64,000 bases of DNA, from positions 3,162,001 through 3,226,000 of the forward strand of contig OX597819.1 of NCBI GenBank assembly GCA_951406725.2, written 5' to 3'. This document shows positions 1-10,789 of the stretch, one piece after another. A program made the position numbers and the translations under genes. Numbering within the stretch: the stretch's first letter is position 1; every line of letters starts with the position of its first letter. The notes beneath the pieces are model-generated. The model was given only the letters and a program-made list of their open reading frames with translations, did no database searches and was not told where the DNA came from. Origin of the DNA: Octopus vulgaris (Eukaryota).

Positions 1-529
1 AACTCCAGGTCCATTTTGGCATGATTTCTATGGCTGGGTGCTCTTCCTGACATCATCCACTTTATAGAGAGTACCGAGTGCTTTCATACAGCACTGGTAT
101 GGGTGTGTTTACGTGGCACCAGTACGGGTACTTTTTACATGGTACCAGCACCCACAAGCCTGCAAGATTACGAATGTTCAGCTGGAGGGGGATGCAGGGG
201 ACAAGCCTCAGTGTTAAAATAAAATATTTAAGTAAGAGAAAAAAAAAACTGATTGAGGCCGGTGTCATATAAATGGCACCCATTAAAGCATAGTTGAGGC
301 CATTGCCAGTGCCACGTAAATGGCACACGTGAATTGTAGTCATGATCATTGCCACTGTCGTGTAAATGGCACCCATGCCAATGACACACAAAAGCACCCA
401 TTATGCTACTGGAGTGGTTGGCATTAGGAAGGACATCCAGCTGCAGAAACTATGCCAAATCAGACAGGAACCTGGCTTATCAACTCCAGTCCAGGCCAGC
501 ATAGAGAGTGGATGTTAAATGATGATGAT
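1..529. mobile_element. Two degenerate, oppositely oriented copies of the RTE-LINE 3' tail repeat (about 1-140 minus; about 260-529 plus, ending in (GAT)n)
   Basis: GGAGTGGTTGGCATTAGGAAGGACATCCAGCTG...GTTAAATGATGATGAT matches the tail that follows the RTE ORF at 59225-60128. Positions 1-140 match its reverse complement. Confidence 0.75.
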
Positions 530-570
530 CACTTGCAGAAAGAAGCTGTATGAAAACTAAAAATAGTCTT

Positions 571-3500
571 CTATAATTCTTCTCTTGATAAGCCTAGTAG
601 CCGTTTTTGGGCCAATAGAACTTTTTCCCCTTTCAAGGAACGAGATTGCAATTTCTGTGACTCTGGTAATTCAGAGGTTAAATCTTTTTCACTTTTATAA
701 TGGCGGGATAACATATCCTTCTGTATGAATATGTTATTCTTAAGAAGACCTATACTATCATAAGCATTAGTTTCATTAGGTAGTAATGTTGAAGACTGAT
801 CAAGGTTACCTGGTGCATTTTCAGAATTTTCTTTCTTTTTGTGGGGCAATGTTTTGTAGTGTCTTGTTCTTTGTGCTGGGTCTGAACCCAGAAATTCATC
901 CTGCTGATAGCTGGGGTCTGAATTGAGTACAGAGTATTCACTTTGACCCTTTTTAAGAGTTGGATGAAGTAAGTCAGTAGGTTCCTCTAAACTCTTTTGT
1001 TTTTTAGACTTTGATTGAAATTTAGCTAAAAATTTCATTGAAGTGCTTTTCACAAGACCAGGTCCTGAACTCTTGGGTGGTACTTCAGGTTTTTTTTGGT
1101 TTCCTTTTTGTAGAAGTTCAACTGATTTCCATTTTTTCTGTGAAGATTTTTTATTTACATTCCCATCATCCTCAGCGCTTATATTAGCTTTTTCAGAGGA
1201 TTGAGGAGAATCTGGAGTTTTTGAGGGTTTTTTCTTTTTTCTTGGTAAAGAATTACTTTTACTGAAAGTGGGTGGTGTTTCCTCATATGACCATTGTTCA
1301 GTTGGTCTATTTTCATTAGCATTAGCTTTTTGCTTAATATGCTCAGGGGCTTTGATTTCATAATGATCTTTATTTGATGCAAGTGGAATTGTATCTGCTG
1401 AACTTTCCAATTTCTGCATGTTTGGAGATGAAGGCTGAGTGCTTTGAGTTTTTGGAAGTATCAACGAAAAGTCTTTATTTTCATTATCATTGAGAGTGTC
1501 TATCTGATGTGGTTTTCCATGCTTTGATCCATCAAAAGCAATTGCTTCTTGTGATGAGCCATGAAGATATCTGGTGTCAGACTCACTGGAATTAATATCA
1601 GAATTGTTTCTCTCTAATGAAAAAGCAGTATTTTTTGATAGTTCCATGCTAATTTCAGATGTGTGTTGACCAACATTTTCGATATTTGAATTGGCTCCAT
1701 ACTGGATAGTTGACATAGAGTCCAAGGAGGTTGTAGCAAGGTATTGAATATCAGGCTGACTTTCAGGTTTTTCTATTTCAACTGTTTTGGCTTTTGCAGA
1801 AATGACAACCTGAGGATCAGATATGGTTTGAAAAGAACTGTCAGGAAAGTCTTTTGAACTGGTATCACTCTTAGCAGGAAATTCTGTATTATCCGAAAAT
1901 TGCTTAGTTTCATAGTCCTTCCTCTTTCCAGGGCTTCTTGGTATCATTGATTGGATTCTTTCTCCTTCTGTTTCATATTTGGTTTTTATCAATGTACCTG
2001 AATCTGGTGCCACTAATTTCAGAGCAGATTTATTGGGTTTCATGAAAGTGGTATCAAATGTGTTAATTTCTTCTCCAAAGATTTCTTTACGTATATTTAT
2101 GGAAGGACTTTTTGGCAAATTTGTAGTTTCCTTTGGAGAAGCTGTTACAAGTATGTTTTTTGGTGTAATAGTTGTAAAGTTTTGAGTTTGCATATCAGAT
2201 GAAGCATATGACTCATGTGAGAATTCTCTATTGACAGTATTGCTGTAATTTGACTGTGAGGGTGATAATGTTGAAAAACTGTTCAAGTTGTTGTTTTCAG
2301 TTGAGAGATCCTTCACATCAACATTCACCTCACATTTTGGACTTTTTAATTCACTACTGTCTTTTAGATCAAATGAAGGAACATCTTTCATCAACAGTAT
2401 GGGGGAATCCTCTTTATCCTTATAGAAATTTGGTTGTACATAACTTGTTGATTCTACAGAAACAATTTTAGAAGGGGAGGAAAGAGAATTATTCTCAGTT
2501 ACCGAAGATTGCGGAAGGGCTGTTTGATAAGAACTAATTGAATAATTTGGAAGTTCACTGTTATTTTCAGGTGATAATTTCATGGATACATTTTCTTGAT
2601 GGCATAGCTCAAAACTGGACTCTGTAAGTTCTGGGGTATTGTTTGAATTGATAGGAAGTTTAGTTGAAATCATTGACGACTCCTCAAAAATCTCATTTGG
2701 CCCTTCTTCTTTTTCATTATATACTTTTAAATTTGCTACTTCAGCAGTTGTCTCTTTGTCCAACTCACGTCCACTTAAAGTAGTTTGGGGAGAAATATTT
2801 AATGATTCACTTGTTTGATTATTGGAATGTATTGGCTGCTCAGAAATATTTAATCTGTCTTCACTTTTAGATTGCAAAGCATCTAAACCAATAGCAAATG
2901 CACGAGGCTTTTCAGATGTTTCCTTCTGATAAGTAACAGAAGAATCATTTGCATCAGTTTTAACAACCTGCATAAAAGAACTGTCTGCTTTTGAGGCCTT
3001 CAAGTTGTTCTCAAAATTTATTTCAGGAGACTTTATCTCTGGAGTAGCTTCTAGAGTTGTCAAATCAAACATTTTTGCATCAGATTTCCCATCTATATCT
3101 GAATTAAATTGATTTTGTACAGATGTAGTTGTAGATATATATTTTTTATTTGGCACTAAATATATAGAGGCACTATTTGAGGTAGTAGAGAAACCATTCA
3201 AAGATGGCTGTGTTTCAACAGAATGTTCCATTAAATTAACAGTTTCTGTCTTGGGTTCAGCATCAACATTGTCCTTTGTCAGCTGTGATGGAGAATTTGG
3301 AAGGCTAACAGAAAGACTTGAAGTATAAAGAGGTTCAGATGATTTGGTAGTAGAAATAATTATTTTAGAATTTTCTGTTACATGTGGCATTATTACAGAT
3401 TTTGGTGGGCAGTCCTGAATGAATTCAGATTTTCCTTTAGATTCTTGTTGATCTTCAGAGAATCTTTCATGAATTGCAGCTCCTTGTTCTTGATCCACAA

Positions 3501-6500
3501 CTACTTCTTTAGTAGTTTTTAATACATAGCTTTCTGAATTCTCACCTCCTTTGGCTGGAGAATGGGTTGTTGACAATTCAGTTTGGAAATATTTAGTATC
3601 ATTTTTAGAATCAGTAGGTATTTCTGATAAATCTTTATCATTAAATGTTTCTATTCCTTTATCTTTTATTGGTATTTCAATTGCCTTCAACTTTGTAGAA
3701 TCAACACCTTCTTCATTAAATGTTTCTATTCCTTTATCTTTTATTGGTATTTCAATTGCCTTCAACTTTGTAGAATCAACACCTTCTTCATTAAATGTTT
3801 CTATTCCTTTATCTTTTATTGGTATTTCAATTGCCTTCAACTTTGTAGAATCAACACCTTCTTCATTAAATGTTTCTATTCCTTTATCTTTTATTGGTAT
3901 TTCAATTGCCTTCAACTTTGTAGAATCAACACCTTCTTCATTAAATGTTTCTATTCCTTTATCTTTTATTGGTATTTCAATTGCCTTCAACTTTGTAGAA
4001 TCAACACCTTCTTCATTAAATGTTTCTATTCCTTTATCTTTTATTGGTATTTCAATTGCCTTCAACTTTGTAGAATCAACACCTTCTTCATTAAATGTTT
4101 CTATTCCTTTATCTTTTATTGGTATTTCAATTGCCTTCAACTTTGTAGAATCAACACCTTCTTTTATGTTCGTGTAAGCATCTACATAATTCTGCATATC
4201 CAGAGGTTTACATGTTAATGTTTCATTCATTTGGTTTGTCTTTAATTCATTTAAGCAAGAGGGGCTATCAGTGTTATCCTTAACAGTTGTTTTATTCATA
4301 AAGGTATAAGAAGTATCTTGGGAAGGTACAAACAAGGGACTTGAAGCTAAAACTCTTGGCATTTCCACTTCATTTTCTGTTGAAGAATATGCAATACTGT
4401 TGCATTTCTCGGGGGATTTTGTTTTGCTAATATTATCATTGTTAGGTGTAAGAGTAACATCGACTGAAAGTTTCTTTGTTTCAAGCATTTTATCTTTTCT
4501 TGAAGTTAAAGAATTTTCATGAAAATCACTTTCATTTACAGTAATTTCTTTTGGAGCTTGATAAGGTGCTGACTGGGTTTGAGAGATTAACTCAACAGAG
4601 TTTGTCTCTTTCGAAAAAGTATCTGTTAAATTATTGGAGTTATCGAAAGTGGTATCAAATTTGGTCAAGCTTTCTTGGTGACTTCCAGCTAAAGAATCAC
4701 TGCTGATGTTTTCTGAATTAGAGGTTTCAGAAAAATTCCAGGACACTTGTGTTTGAGTTGCAGGAGTTTCCAATGAAAAATTGTTATTTTGAAGATCTTT
4801 TAATGATGCTATTTCTAAGTTTTCCTCACTAAAATTCTGTTTTTTCTCAAATGTTTCTTTTATGACTGGTGAATATTGCTTTTGTAATTTATCCTCAGTG
4901 ATTTTATGGGCTATGTTTTCTGATGTTTCTACACTTGGCTTTTCCACAGTAACAGATTTAAAATACATAGAATGTTCAATTTGGCATTTTTCTTTCTCAT
5001 TAATAAAATTCTCTTCTCGGTCAACTATATGGCTATGTGATTGTGGCTGTTCATCAGATTCTGACTGCATCTCTTGCTCAAATTCTGATAGTATCTCTTC
5101 CTCAGATTCTGAGGGTGTCTTTGAATCAGATAACTTTGAATCTTTAGCTGTTATTGAAACACTTTCATCAACAGCATTATTTATGGAAACTGATGCATTA
5201 TAAGGATCTTGATACCGTATATTGTCAGAACTTATCTTGCTACCTACTTCAACTGATTTTAATTTAGTTATGTTTATATTTGCTTTATCATCTGGTAAAA
5301 ATTTAACTTGACTTTCAGTTTCAACAGTTTTAGTATGAGCAATTGATTCAGTGTTTGGTGGATCTCTTTCAATGTTTGCCAGTTTTAATCGAGCAATTTC
5401 CAGCAAGAGTTCATCTCGACTCAAATCTTTATAGTTTTGCATTTCTGAACTTAAATTACTTGTTTTTGGAAGAGAATGTACTTCAGGAGCCACTGCTTTA
5501 GATAAATAATTTTGTTTTGAATGTGATTGTGCAGGAGTTTTACGTTGAGTTAATTGGATTGGTTTTACTGTGTGGCTGGTGACACTGCTTTCTAGACTTT
5601 GAGTACCTTCAAAGCCCAGAAATTTATTATCATTGTAACTTTCTAAACTAATTTGAACACTTCCTGGATCTACACAGTCTGTGTAATCATATTCCGTTTC
5701 AGTTGCCCCGGTGCTTTTGTTTATTGATTTTATGTTTGCAATGTCATCTTCACCTGCCTCAAAAGAATAGAAACTTTCTTGATCAAAGCTTATATCAGTT
5801 GGAACTGGTTCACTACCGTCAACAATCTTTACATTTGATGTAGCCTCATTCATAGAAGTATAAGCTTCCTGGTTAAAGTTTTGGTCATGTTGTGTATCAT
5901 TCTGCTTCTGGGATGACATAAGAAGATCTATTCTTTGAGACCAAAGGGGCCTTGAGCTGTTATTATTATTATCTTGTGGAATATTCAAAGACTGATACCT
6001 ACTTTCAGATGTTTGATAATTAGAGATTGACGTACTAATTTGCTCATTATTAACCTCCTTATTATATGACAAACTACTTCTTTCACAATTAGGTTTTTCA
6101 GCTGATTCTCTTTCTTTTCTCATAGCTTGCAAATTATAGAGCCTTTCTTTAATTTGGTCAAGACGATCAGCAGTAGCTGCTGCTTCAGTACTCATAGCTA
6201 CAGGTGTCATCATCCCTGAATATTTGTGAGGAGTAACACATGTTGAAAAAGAGCGTTTCAGTCCATGTATTGAACTATAACCATAATCATACTCTGATGT
6301 TGTGTCATCAAAAGGGCCGTCATCGAGACCATCCTCATTGAGATGGCTATACATTGAAGAATCATAATCATAATTTGATGCTGTTGATAATGAGTAAGTA
6401 CGTTGACGAGGTCTCCAGGAATAATCGTAATCCTCATTCTCAAATCTGGAACCATACATAAATCTTTCATCAACAGTTGCAGTAGAGCTAACACTACCTG

Positions 6501-6945
6501 TAGGGGAAAGTATAGGGTCTTTTGATGAATTGTCAATAAACTTTCTAGCACCTATCCTTGCTGGAAGAGTGCTATATATATCTTTGCTTTGAAATCTTGA
6601 AAACTTGTGTTCAAACTGTTGATTTTTTGATAAAGCATCATCTCCAGTAGGTACATTTCCAGTCTTTATACTTCTAAATTCTTCCAGATCATTTGCAAAA
6701 CGTGACTCATAGTCATCTGTTACACCTGAGCGTGATAAACCTTTAAAGTCTCTGTAACGACGTTCTCTTAATCGTTGGAGTTTTCTTAGCCGCTGTGTTC
6801 TTTCTCTTTTCTCTTCATCATCAGGAAAGTGTATGTCTTTTGGTACACATTCCTCTGTAATTGTTGAGAAAGAGAGATTTGGCTTTGAAGTAGATCTCCT
6901 CAAACTTGTAGTAGGCCTGTATCTCTGTCTTCCAGAGGAATACAT
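571..6945 (-). CDS. Large uninterrupted ORF, 2124 aa; mostly S/E/K/T/N-rich and probably disordered, with a conserved N-terminal charged-helix motif; function unknown
   Basis: 6.4 kb of open frame in AT-rich DNA. First ATG is at 6945 in the context TTGAAAATG (the track's TTG start at 6951 is unlikely in a eukaryote). In-frame upstream TGA at 6985-6987 with no AG acceptor between it and the ATG. TAG stop at 571-573. N-terminal motifs are shared with the ORF at 51006-51632. Confidence 0.9.
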   Translation of the reverse strand: MYSSGRQRYRPTTSLRRSTSKPNLSFSTITEECVPKDIHFPDDEEKRERTQRLRKLQRLRERRYRDFKGLSRSGVTDDYESRFANDLEEFRSIKTGNVPTGDDALSKNQQFEHKFSRFQSKDIYSTLPARIGARKFIDNSSKDPILSPTGSVSSTATVDERFMYGSRFENEDYDYSWRPRQRTYSLSTASNYDYDSSMYSHLNEDGLDDGPFDDTTSEYDYGYSSIHGLKRSFSTCVTPHKYSGMMTPVAMSTEAAATADRLDQIKERLYNLQAMRKERESAEKPNCERSSLSYNKEVNNEQISTSISNYQTSESRYQSLNIPQDNNNNSSRPLWSQRIDLLMSSQKQNDTQHDQNFNQEAYTSMNEATSNVKIVDGSEPVPTDISFDQESFYSFEAGEDDIANIKSINKSTGATETEYDYTDCVDPGSVQISLESYNDNKFLGFEGTQSLESSVTSHTVKPIQLTQRKTPAQSHSKQNYLSKAVAPEVHSLPKTSNLSSEMQNYKDLSRDELLLEIARLKLANIERDPPNTESIAHTKTVETESQVKFLPDDKANINITKLKSVEVGSKISSDNIRYQDPYNASVSINNAVDESVSITAKDSKLSDSKTPSESEEEILSEFEQEMQSESDEQPQSHSHIVDREENFINEKEKCQIEHSMYFKSVTVEKPSVETSENIAHKITEDKLQKQYSPVIKETFEKKQNFSEENLEIASLKDLQNNNFSLETPATQTQVSWNFSETSNSENISSDSLAGSHQESLTKFDTTFDNSNNLTDTFSKETNSVELISQTQSAPYQAPKEITVNESDFHENSLTSRKDKMLETKKLSVDVTLTPNNDNISKTKSPEKCNSIAYSSTENEVEMPRVLASSPLFVPSQDTSYTFMNKTTVKDNTDSPSCLNELKTNQMNETLTCKPLDMQNYVDAYTNIKEGVDSTKLKAIEIPIKDKGIETFNEEGVDSTKLKAIEIPIKDKGIETFNEEGVDSTKLKAIEIPIKDKGIETFNEEGVDSTKLKAIEIPIKDKGIETFNEEGVDSTKLKAIEIPIKDKGIETFNEEGVDSTKLKAIEIPIKDKGIETFNEEGVDSTKLKAIEIPIKDKGIETFNDKDLSEIPTDSKNDTKYFQTELSTTHSPAKGGENSESYVLKTTKEVVVDQEQGAAIHERFSEDQQESKGKSEFIQDCPPKSVIMPHVTENSKIIISTTKSSEPLYTSSLSVSLPNSPSQLTKDNVDAEPKTETVNLMEHSVETQPSLNGFSTTSNSASIYLVPNKKYISTTTSVQNQFNSDIDGKSDAKMFDLTTLEATPEIKSPEINFENNLKASKADSSFMQVVKTDANDSSVTYQKETSEKPRAFAIGLDALQSKSEDRLNISEQPIHSNNQTSESLNISPQTTLSGRELDKETTAEVANLKVYNEKEEGPNEIFEESSMISTKLPINSNNTPELTESSFELCHQENVSMKLSPENNSELPNYSISSYQTALPQSSVTENNSLSSPSKIVSVESTSYVQPNFYKDKEDSPILLMKDVPSFDLKDSSELKSPKCEVNVDVKDLSTENNNLNSFSTLSPSQSNYSNTVNREFSHESYASSDMQTQNFTTITPKNILVTASPKETTNLPKSPSINIRKEIFGEEINTFDTTFMKPNKSALKLVAPDSGTLIKTKYETEGERIQSMIPRSPGKRKDYETKQFSDNTEFPAKSDTSSKDFPDSSFQTISDPQVVISAKAKTVEIEKPESQPDIQYLATTSLDSMSTIQYGANSNIENVGQHTSEISMELSKNTAFSLERNNSDINSSESDTRYLHGSSQEAIAFDGSKHGKPHQIDTLNDNENKDFSLILPKTQSTQPSSPNMQKLESSADTIPLASNKDHYEIKAPEHIKQKANANENRPTEQWSYEETPPTFSKSNSLPRKKKKPSKTPDSPQSSEKANISAEDDGNVNKKSSQKKWKSVELLQKGNQKKPEVPPKSSGPGLVKSTSMKFLAKFQSKSKKQKSLEEPTDLLHPTLKKGQSEYSVLNSDPSYQQDEFLGSDPAQRTRHYKTLPHKKKENSENAPGNLDQSSTLLPNETNAYDSIGLLKNNIFIQKDMLSRHYKSEKDLTSELPESQKLQSRSLKGEKVLLAQKRLLGLSREEL
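3638..4162 (-). repeat. Coding minisatellite: 7 exact copies of a 75-bp unit encoding EGVDSTKLKAIEIPIKDKGIETFN(E/D)
   Basis: Unit tcattaaatgtttctattcctttatcttttattggtatttcaattgccttcaactttgtagaatcaacaccttct is repeated 7 times, in frame with the large ORF; I found no mismatch. Confidence 0.97.
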
Positions 6946-7479
6946 TTTCAATTTTTTTTTTTTTTTAATGAATTTATGACAGAATCATATAAGGAGACCG
7001 ATAACTTTTTATAAAATTTTCATTAAAGAGCCACAACAGTTGATGAAAAAATATTTAAAATCATTGCACTTTGGAGAAAATTAATACAAAGTTAAATAAT
7101 ACTCATGAATCTAAGGCAATTATTTAAAAACATTACCGTGCTTGAATAATTGCTAAATTATAAATGTTAAGAACATACCTTCGATAGAAATTACTTGGAA
7201 CAGAAGAAAGATTAGAATATGTTGTGTGCTTCGTTATGTTTTGAAGTTTAAGATAAAACAGATTTCCTTTGTAGATTACGATTTTTATAATGTAAATCTG
7301 TCCCTGAGTATGTGTTGTGAAGTTTTGGGTATACAATCATCAAATAAATCAATATGTTGTTTTTTTTCCAGCTTATTTTGTTAACTGCAAAATCAGTTTT
7401 CTTTTCCTGTGTCCTTTTCAAGTGAAGCCAACTATATCAAACCAGTTCTTGATAGCATGTATACTGTCATAAGCACATC

Positions 7480-7540
7480 GTAATGCAGAAGGCGGGACGT
7501 AAGCTACAAGTAAGGACTCCGCTTGTAGCCAATAGGAAGG
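7480..7540 (-). promoter_or_regulatory. Candidate promoter region of the large ORF (GC-box-like GGCGGG, CCAAT, local CpG cluster)
   Basis: AGGCGGGAC near 7490, CCAAT at 7529-7533 and several CpGs in otherwise CpG-poor DNA, about 550 bp upstream of the ATG. Confidence 0.3.
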
Positions 7541-10308
7541 AAGACTACTGTCAGCTTTACAGATATACATTGTACACAAGTTTGATAATAGGCCAAAGTC
7601 AGGTAGCAGCAGTTGGAAGTAAAGTATATGTTAAAAAAATATATCAGAGTAGAAGGGACAGCTAGCATTTCACCATATGCTGGTCTGATTGTCTACTTCT
7701 TTATAGATTTATTTCTGCTGGCTGGTGAGACAGTTATTTTAATTTTACTCTAACAATCAGGTTTCCTTATAATTATTTAGTTAATGTAGCTAAATAAACA
7801 TCAACCTTCAGGGAGAGGGGGGGGGGAAGATATTAATTCACGTATATTTCTACACTGATATTCAGTTCAATAAAGGTAGTATTTATGTTGCTGCTACTGA
7901 TTAGAGCCGATCTAATTCTGAGTACAACAACTATAATGTAGGCATGCCCAAACTCAGCATATAGTCTAGTTTTCCTTACTACGTTCTAGCATGTTCATAC
8001 TTATTTTATTGATTATGAAAGGCTAAGATACAAACACAGAAGTGTAATGTGTGAATCACTCATTAATTATACAGTCTATGTTGGAACTTGTCATTTGAGT
8101 CATTAAAACCAAGTTGTGTTTGGATGAAATGTGTTAACATCTATAATCTGAAAAAGTACATTTTTTTCTTGAATATGAGAGGAAAAGAAACTGTTGCTTG
8201 CTATGTCACAAGATATTTTTATAAAGAAGTCTTCCCTGTTGATCAATTTGCAAAATTATCTTACAAGGTTATCTTACAAGGAAGCTCTCTCTATTGATTA
8301 ACCTGTAGATTTGATTAGGAGTCTTCTGGATATTTTGATTATTTGATTAGGCAGAATATGGCTGTGCTGTTCCCCCCCCCTATAAAACCATTTTAGATTT
8401 TTGATGAGTCCATTTATTTATATATGAACATCACATTGATTACAAAAGTTACTCCCCAGAAGCTTTATCACCTATTACCTGTGGAGAGTCATGTATGCAT
8501 GTTGTATTTGGCTAAGAATTAGCTACCTATATAGTTGTGTGACAAGAGGTGAGAAATTCTGTATTCATCATCAACAAATGATTAATTTTAACAAGATGTC
8601 TTGCAGTGACTGAGCATCCTGTCATCTCAGGGCTCCCTGAAACTTGTGTTGATTGTCCTGCACTTCTTTATAACCATGCTTTAGTGGGAAACTATGGAAC
8701 TTTTCATTGATTGTATGACTGCAGCCATAATATGATTGGTTATCAGTTAGACTGACATTACCTAATATGCTGTAGCCTATTTCTCATTACTGAGTTCTAA
8801 ACACTGCTACAGATCTTTACCAATTATATAGTTGATACTAAGTTAGTTCTGACTGAGCAGATCTATAACCAAAGGCATTTCAGTAATGACTATCCTATAT
8901 TTTTATCAGGCTTGATGTAACTTAGACAACATTTCTTTTGAAGATAGGGTGTGGTATGAGATTTATTTGGTTTCTAATTATGGCAGGTCAAGTTACTGCG
9001 TAAATACTTACTATTGCTTTGTATTCCATCAAATGTAAAGCAATGAAATCTATATTTTAATAAATCAAGACATAAACTCAACTTGTTCAGTTATTTTTTT
9101 GTATTCTAAGGTAAAGGAATTGCCGTATACGGATTAAATCGTTGGCCATAAAAAAGCTGAGTAATCTCATTGATCCTTTCTACTTGAGGCGCAAGGCCTG
9201 AAATTTTGGGGTGAGGAGCGAGTTGATTACATTGACATCAGTACTTGACTGGTACTGCTTTCATTGACTCAAAAGCAAGACAAGCAAAGAATTTGAATTC
9301 AGAACATAAAGACATTTTGTCCAGTGTGCTAATGATTCTGCCGGCTTGCCACCTTAGGACTCGAATTAATAATGGTCTTTTAGAAAAAGTTTGTTTCGGT
9401 GAGAGTAAAAGGGCTTCCCTCTCTGTTAGTGCCAGTGTGCAAAAACAGTGGAGATTTTAAAATATGTGGAGACATAAAATAGTCTTTATCTAACAACAAA
9501 TTAATAGTCTATTCTCTTTCTGGCATGGATTATTTTGCTAAAAAAGAAGACAAGAAAATGTCCAAAAGACTAAAGTGTTACTATTGCAAATAGAGAAAAT
9601 CTAGAAATAGAAAAAAATAATAATAAAGTGATTTTTGAACCCTATCCAAGATATCATCTTCATGTAGAAGATACCACCCTTTCCAAGTTAAACTGATGCA
9701 AGGATTTGATTTATCAATTATAAAGTATTCTTGCAACCTAGAGTTCAGAAATAGATCTTAACTTATTTATTTGCAGCTGAATAATTTGGTCAGTGGAAAA
9801 TGTTTATGGTGTGATATGAACAATCCATCTTTCAGTTTGCAAACCAATATAATTACAACTGATATAATTGAAACTCTTATAGCAAATTTACAAATACAAA
9901 CATACACAAATTACTGAAATATTTGAAGATGATTTTTTCTTCTTTTTTTTTATCACTATTCAAAACCAGGGAGATAACTTTGTCAAGGAATTATATTTAG
10001 ATAATTGTTCTCATATTCTTATACAGTTAACCTTCACAAGAGTACATCATGATAACTGAATTCATATACAAAACCATGACATATTTAGCAATCTCTAATT
10101 CTTTTGTAGAAACACCAGAGAAACAAATCAGTGTTTCTCTATTGTCTTCATGAGCCTTTGCCAGTTTGAGTGACCATTTGTTTTTTTCTTTGTATTTGGT
10201 CAAGGATGTTTGTTAGGAAAATAGTAGCACTGTTTTAGATATGTGAGAAGTTCTTCAATATGTGTTATACAAACTGTGGAGAATTACCAACTAATCAGAG
10301 CTGAAGTA

Positions 10309-10552
10309 TTGGGTAGGTGCATAATTATTGCAGTTTTTTTCAACAAATTTTATTCAACAAAAACAATAACAACATGTAACAAAACCATCTTTAAATGATT
10401 ATTCCGGAGCGTATTCACCACCTACTTCAATTACTGCTTCCCATTTGCTTGGCAGATGGTCAGACCATCATTTAAACATGTTTTTGTTAAATATTGTTAT
10501 TGTTGAATAAAATTTGTTGAAAAAAAGCTGCAATAATTATGCCCCAACCCAA
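10309..10552. mobile_element. Mariner-derived MITE with long TIRs and TA target duplication
   Basis: TA|TTGGGTAGGTGCATAATTATTGCAG ... CTGCAATAATTATGCCCCAACCCAA|TA, with imperfect inverted repeats of about 80-90 bp. The interior minus strand reads DHLPSKWEAVIEVGGEYAPE*, like a mariner transposase C-terminus. Confidence 0.85.
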
Positions 10553-10789
10553 TATTTTCTGTTAAAAAGAGAAGCAATGTCATACATGAAATCATTATCA
10601 AAGATTGTCAAAGCTAGCATTCCTGGTGACTCTCAGGTTTGTAATTGTGTGTTATGTATACGAGGCTATAATGACGTAATGTTTTTTTTTATATTTGAAG
10701 ACTAAACCATCCTGGCTGCATTGAAATACATTTACATAGTGCATGCTTGATTTAAGATGTTCAAGTTGTGTGAGAATTTACAGGAGTGT

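Noticed and set aside
574-585. C-terminal REEL as a KDEL-like ER retrieval signal
   Set aside because: No N-terminal signal peptide, and the protein looks cytoplasmic or nuclear.
3551-4177. 208-aa plus-strand hydrophobic repeat ORF
   Set aside because: Antisense shadow of the 75-bp repeat within the real minus-strand ORF.
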